Origin: Setoptus koraiensis
Taxonomy: Eukaryota > Animalia > Arthropoda
NCBI GenBank assembly: GCA_048013815.1
Contig: CM106586.1
Location: 18,414,001-18,478,000 of the forward strand
Length of the DNA: 64,000 bases
Reading direction: 5' to 3'
Positions 12,309 to 24,729 of the stretch are shown here, piece by piece. The position numbers were made by a program, and so were the translations under genes. The notes under the pieces are model-generated. The model had not been told where the DNA came from, searched no databases, and saw nothing but the letters and a program-made list of their open reading frames with translations. Numbering within the stretch: position 1 is the first letter of the stretch; each line of letters opens with the position of its first letter.

Positions 12309-14185
12309 CTGGATATGGAGGTGCGAGTGGAGCTGACGTCGCGATTAGCTGCCGCGATTTATCCGGCAGCGGCGCCACTTTCCTCGGGCCGTCCCGTCAG
12401 TTGTGCCGGTTTTGCGGGTTACGCCAGCTCCTTCGGGCCGGCCGGTGCGACCGTGGCGCCCCGATTGATGTGCGCGACGCGAAGGCCCGCTCAAATGTGA
12501 ATCGGACCGAGTCAGAGCCCGATTTGAGCGACTCGAGCGGCACTTCTCAAAACTTGCCAAAACTTGCAAAAGCGCGCAAAAACTTGCCGAATTTTGGCAA
12601 AACTTTCCAATAGAGAGCGAGATATATTTAGATCGAGCGTATATATAGAGCGCTGAAACAAAGCGCAGTGGGCCAACGATTTCGGCGAGCCAATTGGGAG
12701 GCGCCTGTGCGATTTTTTAAGCCACTATTATTATTTGTCGGCGTGATTTGCATGATTTGTTGAATTAGTCGGATTATTCACAGTTGTTGGCTTGTTATTA
12801 CAGCTATTTGCATGTCTGTGTTGCCGTCCACGCAATAAGTGAGTGTATGCGATCTATCGCCATTATTGCTCGCTGATGGGCATTGTTGTTTGTTTGTTTG
12901 GCAAGCTCGTTTGCAATGATAAATTGTTGTTTGTACAGTGGCTGGCCGTAGGACCATACGGCACACAAAACGCTTTGATGGCAGGCAAAAAAGTGGCTAA
13001 TAATAGCCACTTTGTGCCAATCCGATCCAATGCGTCCCCACTGAACGCTGTCTAGCCTAGACAGTGTAGGCCGTCTGACAAATGCGAAAGGCGAGAGGCG
13101 AGAGGCGAAATGTAAATTGTTGTTATCTAATCACATGTTTCTAATCCACTCACACACAAATTTATTTTGACGCCTAATCCAATTTGTCTGTGCAGTTGCC
13201 GATCGCGACCAGCCTGAATCACTGCAACTGAATCACAATAAATTGCCAGAATTTCGAGAGGAATTAAATTGTGCGTTGCGCAACCTTGCTTGATCTGGCG
13301 CTGTCGGCCGGTGACGCTGTCGGCCGGCATGCACTCGACGCGCCAACAAGCGGCTCGCCGGGGACAGTTGATTAGATTAAATTTACCTGTGAATTTACCT
13401 GTGTGCAGGCTGTAGGTATGCTAATGGCGGCTACCGGTGCTCTCGAATTGCCGACACTTGGCGGCGCCGCAACGGCCATAACTGCCAATGGCGAGTAGCG
13501 GGCGCAAATAGCGACAAGTGGCTCACTCGAGCCCGATCGCACAAGTGCCTAATCCACTTGGCGCCGGCGCCGGCGCCGGCCACTGGCCAGTCGAAGCTCT
13601 GGCCAGTCGAAGCTCTGGCCAGTCGAAACTCTGGCCAGTCGAAACCGGCAAGACGAAATTCCGGCGAGACAAAAACACCGTTCACCGTTTGAGAGAGCCG
13701 GGCGTCCGTTTGCCGATAATTGGGTCATGTTTGTTTGCGGCTCAATTGTGTCGGCTGTCTCAATTGTCTCACTGGTCTCAATAGTGTTTGTTTACTGGCG
13801 CCGCGATGAGTTCATTAATTGTTTGCTGTCGCATGATTCAAACAATCGGCCAGCTCTGCCAAATTGCCGGCTCGCAACTAATCAAGCCAGCGAGCCGTCA
13901 GCTGGCTAATCTCGGCAGCTTGTGTGCTGGCTCACTTGTTATTAGATTATTATCAGCTCGGCTCGAGATTCTTAGTTGAGCGAGTTGTCAGCTCACAGGC
14001 AAATGTCAAGCTAGCCGACGAACAGTAAAAAAAGTATAAAGTAAAAAACGTATCTGCGATGTGTTGCTATAATTCAACAGTGTGTTTGCCCAGACCCAAC
14101 CATGATGCCAGCCGTATGCAAAACTCATGGCTACGCCGAGCTCATGATCGTTTTGTCGATGATTCAATCTTTTTACCTTTCGATT

Positions 14186-14241
14186 ACTAATTAAAATTAG
14201 CGTCGTCGGCAGCGCTGCCGACGACGCTAATTTTAATTAGT
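14186..14241. repeat. Perfect 56-bp palindrome
   Basis: Seen: ACTAATTAAAATTAGCGTCGTCGGCAGC|GCTGCCGACGACGCTAATTTTAATTAGT. Confidence 0.95.
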
Positions 14242-15224
14242 GCACTTTAATTAGACTCGGCTGAGTGTCCACTGGCCAGCTCACTGATAATCACTGATTG
14301 TGCATAGTGTGTGTGCGTATATTGTGTGCAAGTGGCCAATGCTGTTGCCGAGATTTGAGATTTGCTTGTGAGATGGGCACTGCTCGCAAACAGCGTGATG
14401 TTGCGCAACCTGTCGAATGGTCGTCATGTTTGTCTCATTAGTTGTCATTAGTTTGTTGCCTATCTACTGATTTCATGGGCACACCATTACGCGCGTCCCA
14501 TGGCTCGACGCTGGCGGTTCCGAGTGCTGCCACCAAGCGAGCAACGCCAAGCGAGCGACGGGCATCGTCGTCGACTCAATCACGGCTCGAGCAATAGCAA
14601 TTGATCTCGCCAACCATTGGCCTGTAACGAGCCAGAGGAGACTCTTTTGTTTGTCATTGCGACTTGTGGATTGCCAACTGCCAACTGTCAATCGCCAATG
14701 AAACTAATTGATCAATCAGCTGATTGTGGCCAGCCACCTGACAACAAGCTAGCTGACTTGTGAGTGCTGTCAGTGCACTTACAGCTCAACTAACAACGTG
14801 CTAGTAACAAGTGAGTGATATATTGAATGAATTGTTGACAGCGCTGGTCAGTCAGCTGATCGCCTGTTGATCGGCTGCTGATCGGCTGCTGATCGGCTGC
14901 TGAGCGCTGTCAACGAATCATTCGATCGGCAGCAGCAACGAGCCATCCAAACGAATCTATATGAATCCATATAAATCGAGATAAATCCGGATAAATCAAT
15001 ATAAATAGAAGATGATGAGCCGAGTGTAGGCGTACTGCAGTTACATGGGTTACAGTTGCATGAGCAGTTGTGTTCAAGCTCACTGATTGTGAGCGTAATT
15101 GTGAGCCTAATTGTGAGCAAAATTGCCAGTTAAAGGTTAACGAGAGTACTTGTGAGCATTGAGTGAAACAGGTTGCTGTGTGCAAAGTTCATTCCCCCAT
15201 TGCGAACAACTTTTTGTTGGCCAG

Positions 15225-15312
15225 GTAACAGCGAGCTCAAGCTGAAGGGGCAAGGCCAAAGAACGTCGCCCATGCGAGTTGCATGCAAGCCAATGTTCGA
15301 ATTCGAACGAAG
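15225..15312 (+). CDS. Candidate orphan internal exon (NSELKLKGQGQRTSPMRVACKPMFEFER)
   Basis: Seen: TTTTTGTTGGCCAG| ... AG|GTGAGC; only one of the three frames is open from the exon start to the donor. No family recognised. Confidence 0.27.
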
Positions 15313-16288
15313 GTGAGCTATGCGAGGGGGAAGCAACGGAATAACGGGCCGCCTTCAGTTATGAGTCACTTGTGTGTCATGGAAAGTGTGCATCAGTTTC
15401 TCTGGCAACTCTCGCGCTGCCATCGAAACTCACATCGGCGCGTCGACACTCTCAACTTGAGCCAACTTGAGTGTGTTACATAGAGGACAGTGTGAGAAGC
15501 ATTGAGAGATAACGGATTTGCGGCACACCAGCTAAACACTCAACTACACAGTTGACAACAGTGCGCACAGGTTAATTAATTAAATGCGAACGAGCAGCTA
15601 ATTAAGCACGCAACAGACATAAATCACGGCCGTGTTAACACAACAGGTGATCTCAGTGAGCGGCCAACTTTGTCAAGTGTCGCACGAGTCGCCACGGACT
15701 GTTCTGTTGAACAGACAGTGACAGCCAGCGCCAGTGCAATCGAAGCGGCATCCATACAATCCATGCAATCCATACAATCCATACAATCCATACAATCCAT
15801 ACAATCGAGAGCACCCAACAGCAAGCCAACAGTTGAACACCGCCATATATTCATGTGCGACACATTTGTGCGCGATAAATTCATGTGCGACATATTTATG
15901 CGCGATAAATTCATGTGCAATTAATTCATTCACCATAAATTCACGCGCGATAAATTCATAGGCGATAAATCCATGCGCGACAAGTTCATGCGCGACAAGT
16001 TCAAGCGCGACAAGTTCATGCGCGATATATTCACCGGGCGCGACGAAACGATCAGCTCCAACGAAACCAACAGCGCACGCCAAATGCAAATCTAAATATC
16101 CCATATAACGCAATCGAACGTATTCACAACAACATATTGTCAACATAAATCAACCCGAACAAGTGCCAACAATCAGCGTGCCAAACAGCTGATGAGACAA
16201 ACAACAAGTGCAACAACAAATTGTCGAATTATCAAACTGTCAAACTGTCAAATTATCAAACTGTCAAACTGTCAAATTGTGTCAACAG

Positions 16289-16317
16289 AGGCGAGTCGCT
16301 CCGAAGAAAGTTCAAAG
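16289..16317 (+). CDS. Candidate 29-nt microexon (GESLRRKFK), phase-compatible with 15225-15312
   Basis: Seen: CAACAG| acceptor (same hexamer as the RhoGAP exon acceptor) and a strong AAG|GTAAGT donor. Confidence 0.27.
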
Positions 16318-17669
16318 GTAAGTGACGAGCTGAACGTTGGCCTTTTGTCTCGGCGACATCGAGAGCGAGTCATCTTTCGATCATATGAGACGTCGCTCGC
16401 AATTGTTGATCATCTGAGACATCTCTTACCAGAGGCGCATTGTAGGTCAAGCCAAGTGTGTCCAAGTGGTCGCTTCCACAAACAAACGGCTGCTCGTTGC
16501 CACAGATACGGATCGTTGCCGATGCCGCGGTTGTCGGGCAACCTGTCGGGCAGCGAGCGAGCCGCACCAATCAAGGCCAATCAAGAGCAGGCCGGCCTTT
16601 GTTGTCGCTGGCGGCCAACAATCGGCCAATTGGACCAATTAGATGAGCGTCAATTGTTTGGCCCATTGTTGTCTCATATCGGCCATCGCATCTCGGCTCA
16701 TCTGGGCCGCGATGCCGGCCGAACGCGATCACGGCCGAACGCGATCACGGCCAATTCCGACAAGCGTGCCCAACTTATCCATTTTATCATCGCTGGCTGG
16801 CCGGCTCACGGCCAGTTTCTGGGCCACTCATGATTAGATGAGATATGATCCGTGTGCCATGATCGCAGCGCGGCATCTGTTGGTCAACAACGATCAACAA
16901 TGGAGCTGCAAAATCGTGATCGCTATTCACGGCCCTTGTTTTAGGCTCGGCCGCGCTCGAACATTATTCATTACATCTTGTTATTCATTACGTCTAGGTG
17001 TTGCGTTCAACACCTCGATATCTCGATGCATCGATAGCGCCGCCACCTGTTGCTCGGAGGAGGGGCGCGCCAAGCGGCCGTGTCTCGCAACTGAAAGTGT
17101 GCCGGACAGTGGAGACTTGCGAGCATCAAATCGCAAAATAGACCAGCCGATGCAAACAAAACCGAGCCGATGTCTCGGCGAAAGTCTCGAGGTGCCAATG
17201 ATCATGATCACCTTGATCATGATCGCCTAGTTGAACCCGTTAAACGGCCCTCTCCATCAAACAACGTTCGGCCGGCCAGCTCACCTGTCGGCCTGCCGGC
17301 CGGCCACACGAACGGCCAAACGGACGGCCGAACGGACTGCCGAACGGCTCGCCAGACGGAGTTGCGCAAATAGATTATCGCCCATGATGAACGAAAGCGT
17401 CTCAATCAGTTGCGTTCGCAGCAGCGTTACATAACTCGATTATCCAATGTGTGTTATCGGCACTCGCTGCCATTGGGCACACAATTTAATTTCATCGTTT
17501 ATTTTATTTTTATCTGGACTGTGTGCTACTTTTTCGAGCGCTCGCTCGCTGCAACGCCGCGATGATGCGATAATGCAAGAGCGCGATAACGCCAGATAAT
17601 GCCAGACAGTGCGAATGAGCGATTTGAGATGGAGATAATGCAATAATAATAATGCGCGATAAGGCTCGT

Positions 17670-17735
17670 CGCCATTCGCCATTCGCCATTCGCCATTCGC
17701 CATTCGCCATTCGCGATTCGCGATTCGCCATTCGC
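17670..17735. repeat. 7-bp tandem repeat CGCCATT x~9
   Basis: Seen directly. Confidence 0.9.
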
Positions 17736-20016
17736 GAATGAAATTAATCGAGCAAGGCGAGATTTTATCGCGCGGGCGCGCCACTGATGGATGATCTATT
17801 TGTCGATCGGTGTTCGCGTCAACTTGGCGTTAACTCGATTATGCCTATAGTGTGCTGATTACGCTTATTATGCCGGCCATACGCTGCCACTTTGGCCAAC
17901 CAGCAGCCACCGGCGAGACTCGTTCGAGCCATTCGAGGCCATTGCGGAGCCTTCTCGACCCGACAATCTCGAGTGGCATCCCGTTGGACCGGCCCGTCGG
18001 ATCGGCAGATAAAGCGCCGATGAAACCGCTGCACGCAAACGGGCTCTTTTGTGTCCCGTGAAAGCTGCCTTTTGTGAAGCGAAACTCTCGCTCCATTTCA
18101 TATTATCGTCTATTTTATATTATCGTCGAATGCATCACCGAGCGTCATTGTGACGCAATGCAATATGTGGCGGGCGAGAGTTATGACGATGCCGTGTCCG
18201 GCCCGACAATTCGCCAGCGACAATTTTCGATGAAGTGAGCGACCGGCCGGCCAAATTGAACGGACAAAGTGAACGGGCAGCAAGCCAAAGGAAATGAATC
18301 GATCACAAAGGTGGCGAGCGAGACCAACGGGCGGATATTAATAGACGTTATTATGATTTCTATTATGTCTACTGGCTTGTCGGTTGCGGCTGGCCAAGTT
18401 GCATCATAGTGACGCGGCGCGCAATAAGCAATATTACACATTACATAATAAATATTACAATAAGCCAAAAGCAATAAGCGCGCCGTGATCGTTAATCGCA
18501 ACATAATCAAATTTAAATCCCGAATCTTAAATGCTCCCATTTAAGACACCGAGACACACTATCGTTTGGGCGAGCTCGCCAGAGACAGAGCTCGCCAGAG
18601 ACAGAGCTTGCCAGACAGAGCTTGCCAAAAAGAGCTTGCCAAAGAGAGCTTGCCAGATAGAGAGTGAGAGAATAGCCAGAGGAAACATAATACCGCACAT
18701 GTCGCCGCAGCATGATGCTGCTGGCAGACAAATAACGGCCCAAGCTATAACGGCCGCTCCGTGGCGCCGTTTCGTGTGGGCCGTTAAGTGTTATTGTTGA
18801 GCGTTATTGTTGGTGTTGTTGTCGGACAAAGCGCCAGCATGGTGGCGCTGCTCCAATTGTCATGTCATGTTACATAATATTGTATTGCGTTTGTGTGATA
18901 GATTGAGTCACTCAATCTATCACACACGGCGTCAGCAGCAGCAGCGATGCCACGTCAACGCACACTCACCTGTTGCCATCATGCACCTGTCACGTCCGTC
19001 TTGGCGGCTTTCTACGGCGATTGCGCAATAGTGGCCAAAGTGTTGTTTGTTTGTGTCAAGTGTGTGTGTGTTTTCACCTCGGGTGTCCAGTCACTCTCGC
19101 CAGTGGCCAGTGTGTGGTGGCTGTGCGAGCGAGCGGTCACTTGCGAGCCGCTGAGTGGCGAGCGGTCAGTGGTCAGCGGTCAGCCAAAATCAATAGCTGC
19201 GGCCGGGCGCGTGATTGGCCCACTCGATTATGACCAATTGCGAACCGCAATACCACCGGCACAGCCAGCCAGCCAGCCAGCATACAGGTGAAGCGCACAG
19301 GCGCGTCATACAGGTGTAGAGTGCGTGGGCGTCGCGACACTCACACACAAAATTCGCACTTTGTCTAATCAAACAAACACTGGACATGAGTTTTTTGCAA
19401 GCTCGCCACTTGTTGTTAATGTTGTTAATGTTGGCCAATGTTGGCCAATGTTGCATTGGCTGCATTGGTTGTGTTGGTCGTATTGGTCGTGTCGGCCGTA
19501 TGCACAGTGGTGCGCAGCCAATAAATGCACTTGTTGCGCCAACAGCAACAATGGCCAACGGTAACGCGATCGCCGGTTGAATGAACTTTCAATCAATCGA
19601 TCCAGTTGACAGCGCGGCCAAATTTGCGCCATTTCATTTATTAATATGTTATCATGCGGCCATCGGCTATCGGCGGCAATTTCGGCGTTGCCGTGGTTGC
19701 TGTGATTGGCGTGGTTGCTGGCGTTGCCGTCGTTGTTGGCGTTGCTGTCGTAGCGCAATTGTTACGCAATATGTTGTGTAACAATTTCGCTGACTTTTGT
19801 GAGAGAGAGAGAGTGCTGATTGGCGTTGCCGAGCCGGGCACTTGTTGCAGCCAGCCAGCCAGCAATAACGAGCGTCACTTTCACGCCAAGGCAACAGGTT
19901 GCCGGCTGACACTGTTGGCTGACACTGTTGGCTGACAGTGAAAGTTGTTAGTTTTACATACATGATGTATTAATTCGTGTGTGTATATATAGATGAGATA
20001 GCCGAGCCAGCAAAGT

Positions 20017-20033
20017 CAACGGCAACGGCGACG

Positions 20034-20098
<65 letters not shown>

Positions 20099-20102
20099 GG
20101 CA
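20017..20102. repeat. (GCAACA)n hexanucleotide microsatellite
   Basis: Seen directly. Confidence 0.92.
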
Positions 20103-20570
20103 AGGTTAAGAGCGAAAAGTCGATCAGGTGTCAACTATTGATTGCTGTCTAGACACTGCGCCCGATCAGCTGACTTGCGGGACAGCGCGCAGTGGTCAGC
20201 GCGCAATTGGCCTGTCAAACAATGATGCTCAATTGAACGTGCGCTAGCCGTGTTTTAATTACGTAACCAATAGTTTTCGTTATTGGCCAACCACCGATCA
20301 ACGGCCGTTGTTGTTGTTGTTGTTGTTGTTGTTGGCGTTGTTGTTGTTGTTGTTGTTGTTGATGTGCGAATGGGGATGGCGTTCCGCAAGTGACGCAATG
20401 GCCTGTCCACTTGCGCCAATTCACGATATGGCTCCAATCAAACGAACGCCTTTGACAGGCCTGACTCACGCCGGCTAACTTGCCAATTGCCCCCGCTCGC
20501 CACGACACACAAAAGTTGGATCGGGCCGCTTTCTCCGCGAGCTTCTGTCGACGGATTGCCCAGTCAACAA

Positions 20571-20648
20571 ATCGCCGAGTCAACGGATCGCCGAGTCAAC
20601 GGATCGCCGAGTCAACGGATCGCCGAGTCAACGGATCGCCGAGTCAAC
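20571..20648. repeat. 16-bp tandem repeat ATCGCCGAGTCAACGG x~5
   Basis: Seen directly. Confidence 0.92.
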
Positions 20649-21564
20649 AGAGTCGACGGGTCGCTGAGAGCAGCCGAGCGAGCCGCCGACAAGTGTCTGC
20701 CGGCCCGAAAGAAAAGAGACAGGCCAATTAAATCAGCAGCTAATCAATCATCAATTTGAAATCAATATAAACAACAATCAATCGCTTGGGCCGGCAATCA
20801 ATTTTGTGCAACACTCGCCAGCTAACCGCAACAGCAACAACTGCTGGATATTGTAGAATAAAATAAGATAAAATAAAATAAAATTGATTGCTCCACTTTT
20901 GGCCCGCTCAAACAGCTGACAGGCCGATATTGAAAAGAAATGCCATCCACGCTGCCAGACGCGATCTTCTCCGTGTCGCGCCAGACAGCATTGGCGAGCC
21001 ATTGCATTAAGCCATTGAATTGCAGCTTACAATGGTGGCCGTTTATATACAATATTTGTTATTTGTTATTTATTATATCTATCTATGTATATATTTATGT
21101 ATTTATATTCTATATTCATGCGTGAATGTGCGCATTGTGTGCCCAGCTGACATTGAACTAGCTTGCCAGTGTGTTGCACCTTTGCTTGCTTGTTATCAAT
21201 TGGCCAGACAGTGGCCCTACAATTGGCACACAAAGAGGCGAACAAAGAGGCTCGTTGAATCACGAAATTACTACCTGATTGATACTTACTGATTGAACGG
21301 CTCACTCGATTCACCCAGCCACTCGATGAGTGACTAGCGCTAACCGTTGGCTAACAAACAATTTTTGTTGTTGTCGTTGTTGTTGCTGTTGTTGTTGTTG
21401 TAAATTTAAATTTATATTATGTTGTTTATTGCTGGGGAGAGTGATTTGTGTTTGTGTTGCAACTCGGTGTCGGATTTACATTTGAATGGCTCTCATTTTG
21501 CACTCGCCATTCTGTACAATTGGAACCGCGCTCACTTTGTGCGATTCAACAACAGCAGCGCCAA

Positions 21565-21608
<44 letters not shown>

Positions 21609-22034
21609 ACAACAACCGGCTCGCAAACAAACAAAACCAACAAGCCGACGGCCATCGATCGACGCCAAATAGCAGGTAGCGGCCGTTACTTGTTACTGCA
21701 GCCAGTTAGGTATCAAGTATTGGCCGTTGGCAGCCACTCAACGCAATTGACGCTAATAAACGTTAATTGACCATTGTGCAATTTGTAGACAAATTGAGAC
21801 AATTTGATTTTGTCAACTTTTGTCTGTGCGGCAACAATGTTACCGTTAGTGAGCGCCGTTATCAGTGAACGGCCGACAACAAATCATAAATCAAACGCCT
21901 AATGTGTGCCGCTAATTAATTGCCGGCTAATGTAAATTGTTTAGCTCACATCGGAGCCGGCCAAAGGCGCCCGATTGTTGCAGCGTGCGGCCAGACAATG
22001 ATCGGCTCGACGGAGCGTGAAGTCGGCCGACAGA

Positions 22035-22074
22035 TAATTAAACTAACTGTCGCGGGCGACAGTTAGTTTAATTA
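22035..22074. repeat. Perfect 19-bp inverted repeat with 2-nt spacer
   Basis: Seen: TAATTAAACTAACTGTCGC-GG-GCGACAGTTAGTTTAATTA. Confidence 0.95.
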
Positions 22075-23774
22075 GTTTAGTTAAGAGCATTTTCCAGCTC
22101 AGTTGACAAACAGTTTCTGCGACTTGTTGTCGCCTGAATCAGTTGGCTTGAGCCGGCCGAATTGCTGCTATTGTCGCCGACGCCGCCGCCGCTGAGAAAT
22201 TTGCGCCGAGAAAACAGAAAAAATCAATTGTTGACAATTGCAATCACAATCGCTGGCGCTTATTTTATTGCTTCCTCGTCGTCGTGTGACGCAACATGCA
22301 AAATAATGCTCTCGTTGGCACACTCATATACATGATGTATCATGGATAATTAAATCATTTTACAATGTGCACAACCGTGCCTGAATAACGGTCACCGGCG
22401 CGAACGTCCATCCCTCACCGATTGCTCCAATTCAGTTGGCCGCTTCAGTGTGCACAATCGAGCCGATCGTCGTCTAAGCGATTGGCCAGAAATTTCTCTA
22501 TTCTCCATTTGTGACATGTTATTATCCGCTGTCGCCTTTCGTCCCGTGGGCCTCTTCCTGAGCACTGGACCCAGTTTGACCGGTGCGCGAGTCGTGGTTG
22601 CACCTTCTTCGCGGGCCCCATTTCGCCGTTTGGCTCCCTCTTGCGGCACCTTCGCACAGTTAGTAGTGGGCAGTCGCTTGCGGCCGCCTATCCATTTTGG
22701 CCTGGGCGGCGTGCGTTCTTTTGATTGTTCAATTATAGTTTTGTTGTCGTTTTGTGCCGCTTGAATCCGGCGCAGGGTGGCGCAAAGACACTGCATCGTT
22801 GGTCGATCAATTGAACTGGTTGCTCGACGATATTTAGGCTCTTGGAGATGGGCTCACTTATCACTAATTGATTTCTTTCTGATTGACCTTTCTGATTGGG
22901 GGCCGATTTTTACTCAAACACTCTCACTCGTGACTGGACTTGCGCTGTGTGAAGTGGCACTGGCAACCACATGAAAACTGACCGAAAGCCAACGAGTAAA
23001 CGTGAACGAGTTTGAGTTTTTTTTTTTTTCCAAGTTGGCGATTGACCTTGGACACTAGATGCCCATTGCCATCAACAACAATGCCATTACAATGGCGCGC
23101 GTGTAAAATGATATCTTTTACTTTTCAGGTGCAAACAGTCGCGCCTAGATGGCGCCACTGGCAGAAAGATGCACTTGCCAATTGCAACTGATTATCGGCG
23201 GCGGCGCTCACCGAAATGCTGTGTGGCCAGTGGCGCCACCTTGCAACCAGACAGCAAATCTTGTATATAAACTTATAACTTTCAAGTTATATGTTCTAAC
23301 TATTCATTGATGGCGCCCAACGCTGCAAAGTGGCAGCTTCATTAGTGGCATCGATAGGCATAATATGTCTGTGATATTTTATTATGTAACATTGTTTGCG
23401 CTTAATTAGCCTCTGGCGGCAATTATTGGCATGCCGGGCTTTTGACTTACGTTACGCAAGTTACGTAATGTTGTGTGTGAGCAGCGTGAGGTTGTATAAA
23501 TGGGAGTGCGAGTATAAATGGATGTATTGGCATAAATGGATGTATTAGCGCAAATGGAGGCGAGCCAACTAATTCTCAGGCAATCAAAGTGGGCATCGTG
23601 CAACAGGTAACAGTCGCCTCGCATTGTTGTAACTCAAATCAATCTGTCGTGGTCGTGATGGTCTGACATTGACAACGCCGGCAATTGCACTGTGCGAGTT
23701 GCCAGCCAAGTGACCGTGCTCATCAATTAGATTAGTGGCCTCCTCTATTGGCGCTTCTATTTGCTGGCCGAAAT

Positions 23775-23851
23775 GTGAAATCGCTCAGGTGAAATCGCTC
23801 AGGTGAAATCGCTCAGGTGAAATCGCTCAAGTGAAATAGCTCAGGTGAAAT
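23775..23851. repeat. 14-bp tandem repeat GTGAAATCGCTCAG x~5.5, creating repeated CAGGTG E-boxes
   Basis: Seen directly; four CAGGTG and one CAAGTG at the unit junctions. Confidence 0.92.
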
Positions 23852-24565
23852 GAGCAATTGCACCGGCAACCGGTATGACGGCATTGTGACGTAAGCGACG
23901 CCACGGCGCCAACTCCAACAACTTTCGCGCCTAACCTAAACACTCTATTAGGCACAAAACTCTCTACTGGTCTCTTGTTGTGTCGGCCATAATAATAGTT
24001 ACGCAATTAATTGAGCGCGGCCATTTTACGAGCCTGGCTAGCTCTCACCGATTAGCGCCGGGCCGGTCGCCGCGGCCGGCACAACGAAGGCCAGGGTGCC
24101 GGCCAGCGAAACAGGTGAGGGGCGCACCATCTATCTGAGCGTGCATCTATCTGCGCAGACTCTCGATTCGGGACTCTCGATTGAGTGCCGGTCCTCGGCA
24201 GTGCGGCCCGGTGTCGCACAATGGACTCTCGCGGTCACTCTCGCAGTCGCCCTGTCAGAGCGGCCAGCCAGAGGTCGTTGGCGGCGGCCAACATCACAGG
24301 TGAGTTAGCACAGGCATCACAGTCATCACAGCCTGTGATTCACAGGTGAGTCGGTGAGAGCTTCATTAGTCTTACATTGTGTTAGCTTGACCAGACCAGC
24401 CTCAAGCTCGCTCGCCGATACAACTCGTCAGCTGGTCCCACCGAGCTCGTCAGCTGGTCCCACCGAGCTCGTCAGCTGATGCGATCGGGCTCGTCAGCTG
24501 ATCGGGTTGGCAAGGTGATCATCAGCGGCAGAGGCAGCGGCCAATTGGTGGGTGAGCTCGAGAAT

Positions 24566-24648
24566 GAATCATCGACTTGTACGAATCATCGACTTGTACG
24601 AATCATCGACTTGTACGAATCATCGACTTGTACGAATCATCGACTTGT
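24566..24648. repeat. 17-bp perfect tandem repeat GAATCATCGACTTGTAC x~5 (no spacers)
   Basis: Seen directly. Confidence 0.95.
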
Positions 24649-24729
24649 GGCCAGGGTGAGAGTGGAGCTGGCGGAAGTCAAGGTTAATCGAGGCCACGGC
24701 ACACGGTGCATGCTGTCATGCTGCACATG

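Noticed and set aside
15011-15087. ATGATGA...CTGA as a possible C/D snoRNA
   Set aside because: No terminal stem and no recognisable rRNA or snRNA guide complementarity.
16430-16542. Minus-strand CAG|...|GTAAGA segment reading ICGNEQPFVCGSDHLDTLGLTYN (Kazal-like)
   Set aside because: It has an insertion and lacks the N-x-C of Kazal domains. Two frames are open and no partner exons were found.
24566-24648. Regular direct-repeat arrays here and at 20571, 34113 and 30400-30510 as possible CRISPR
   Set aside because: Head-to-tail repeats with no unique spacers, no cas genes, and a eukaryotic context.
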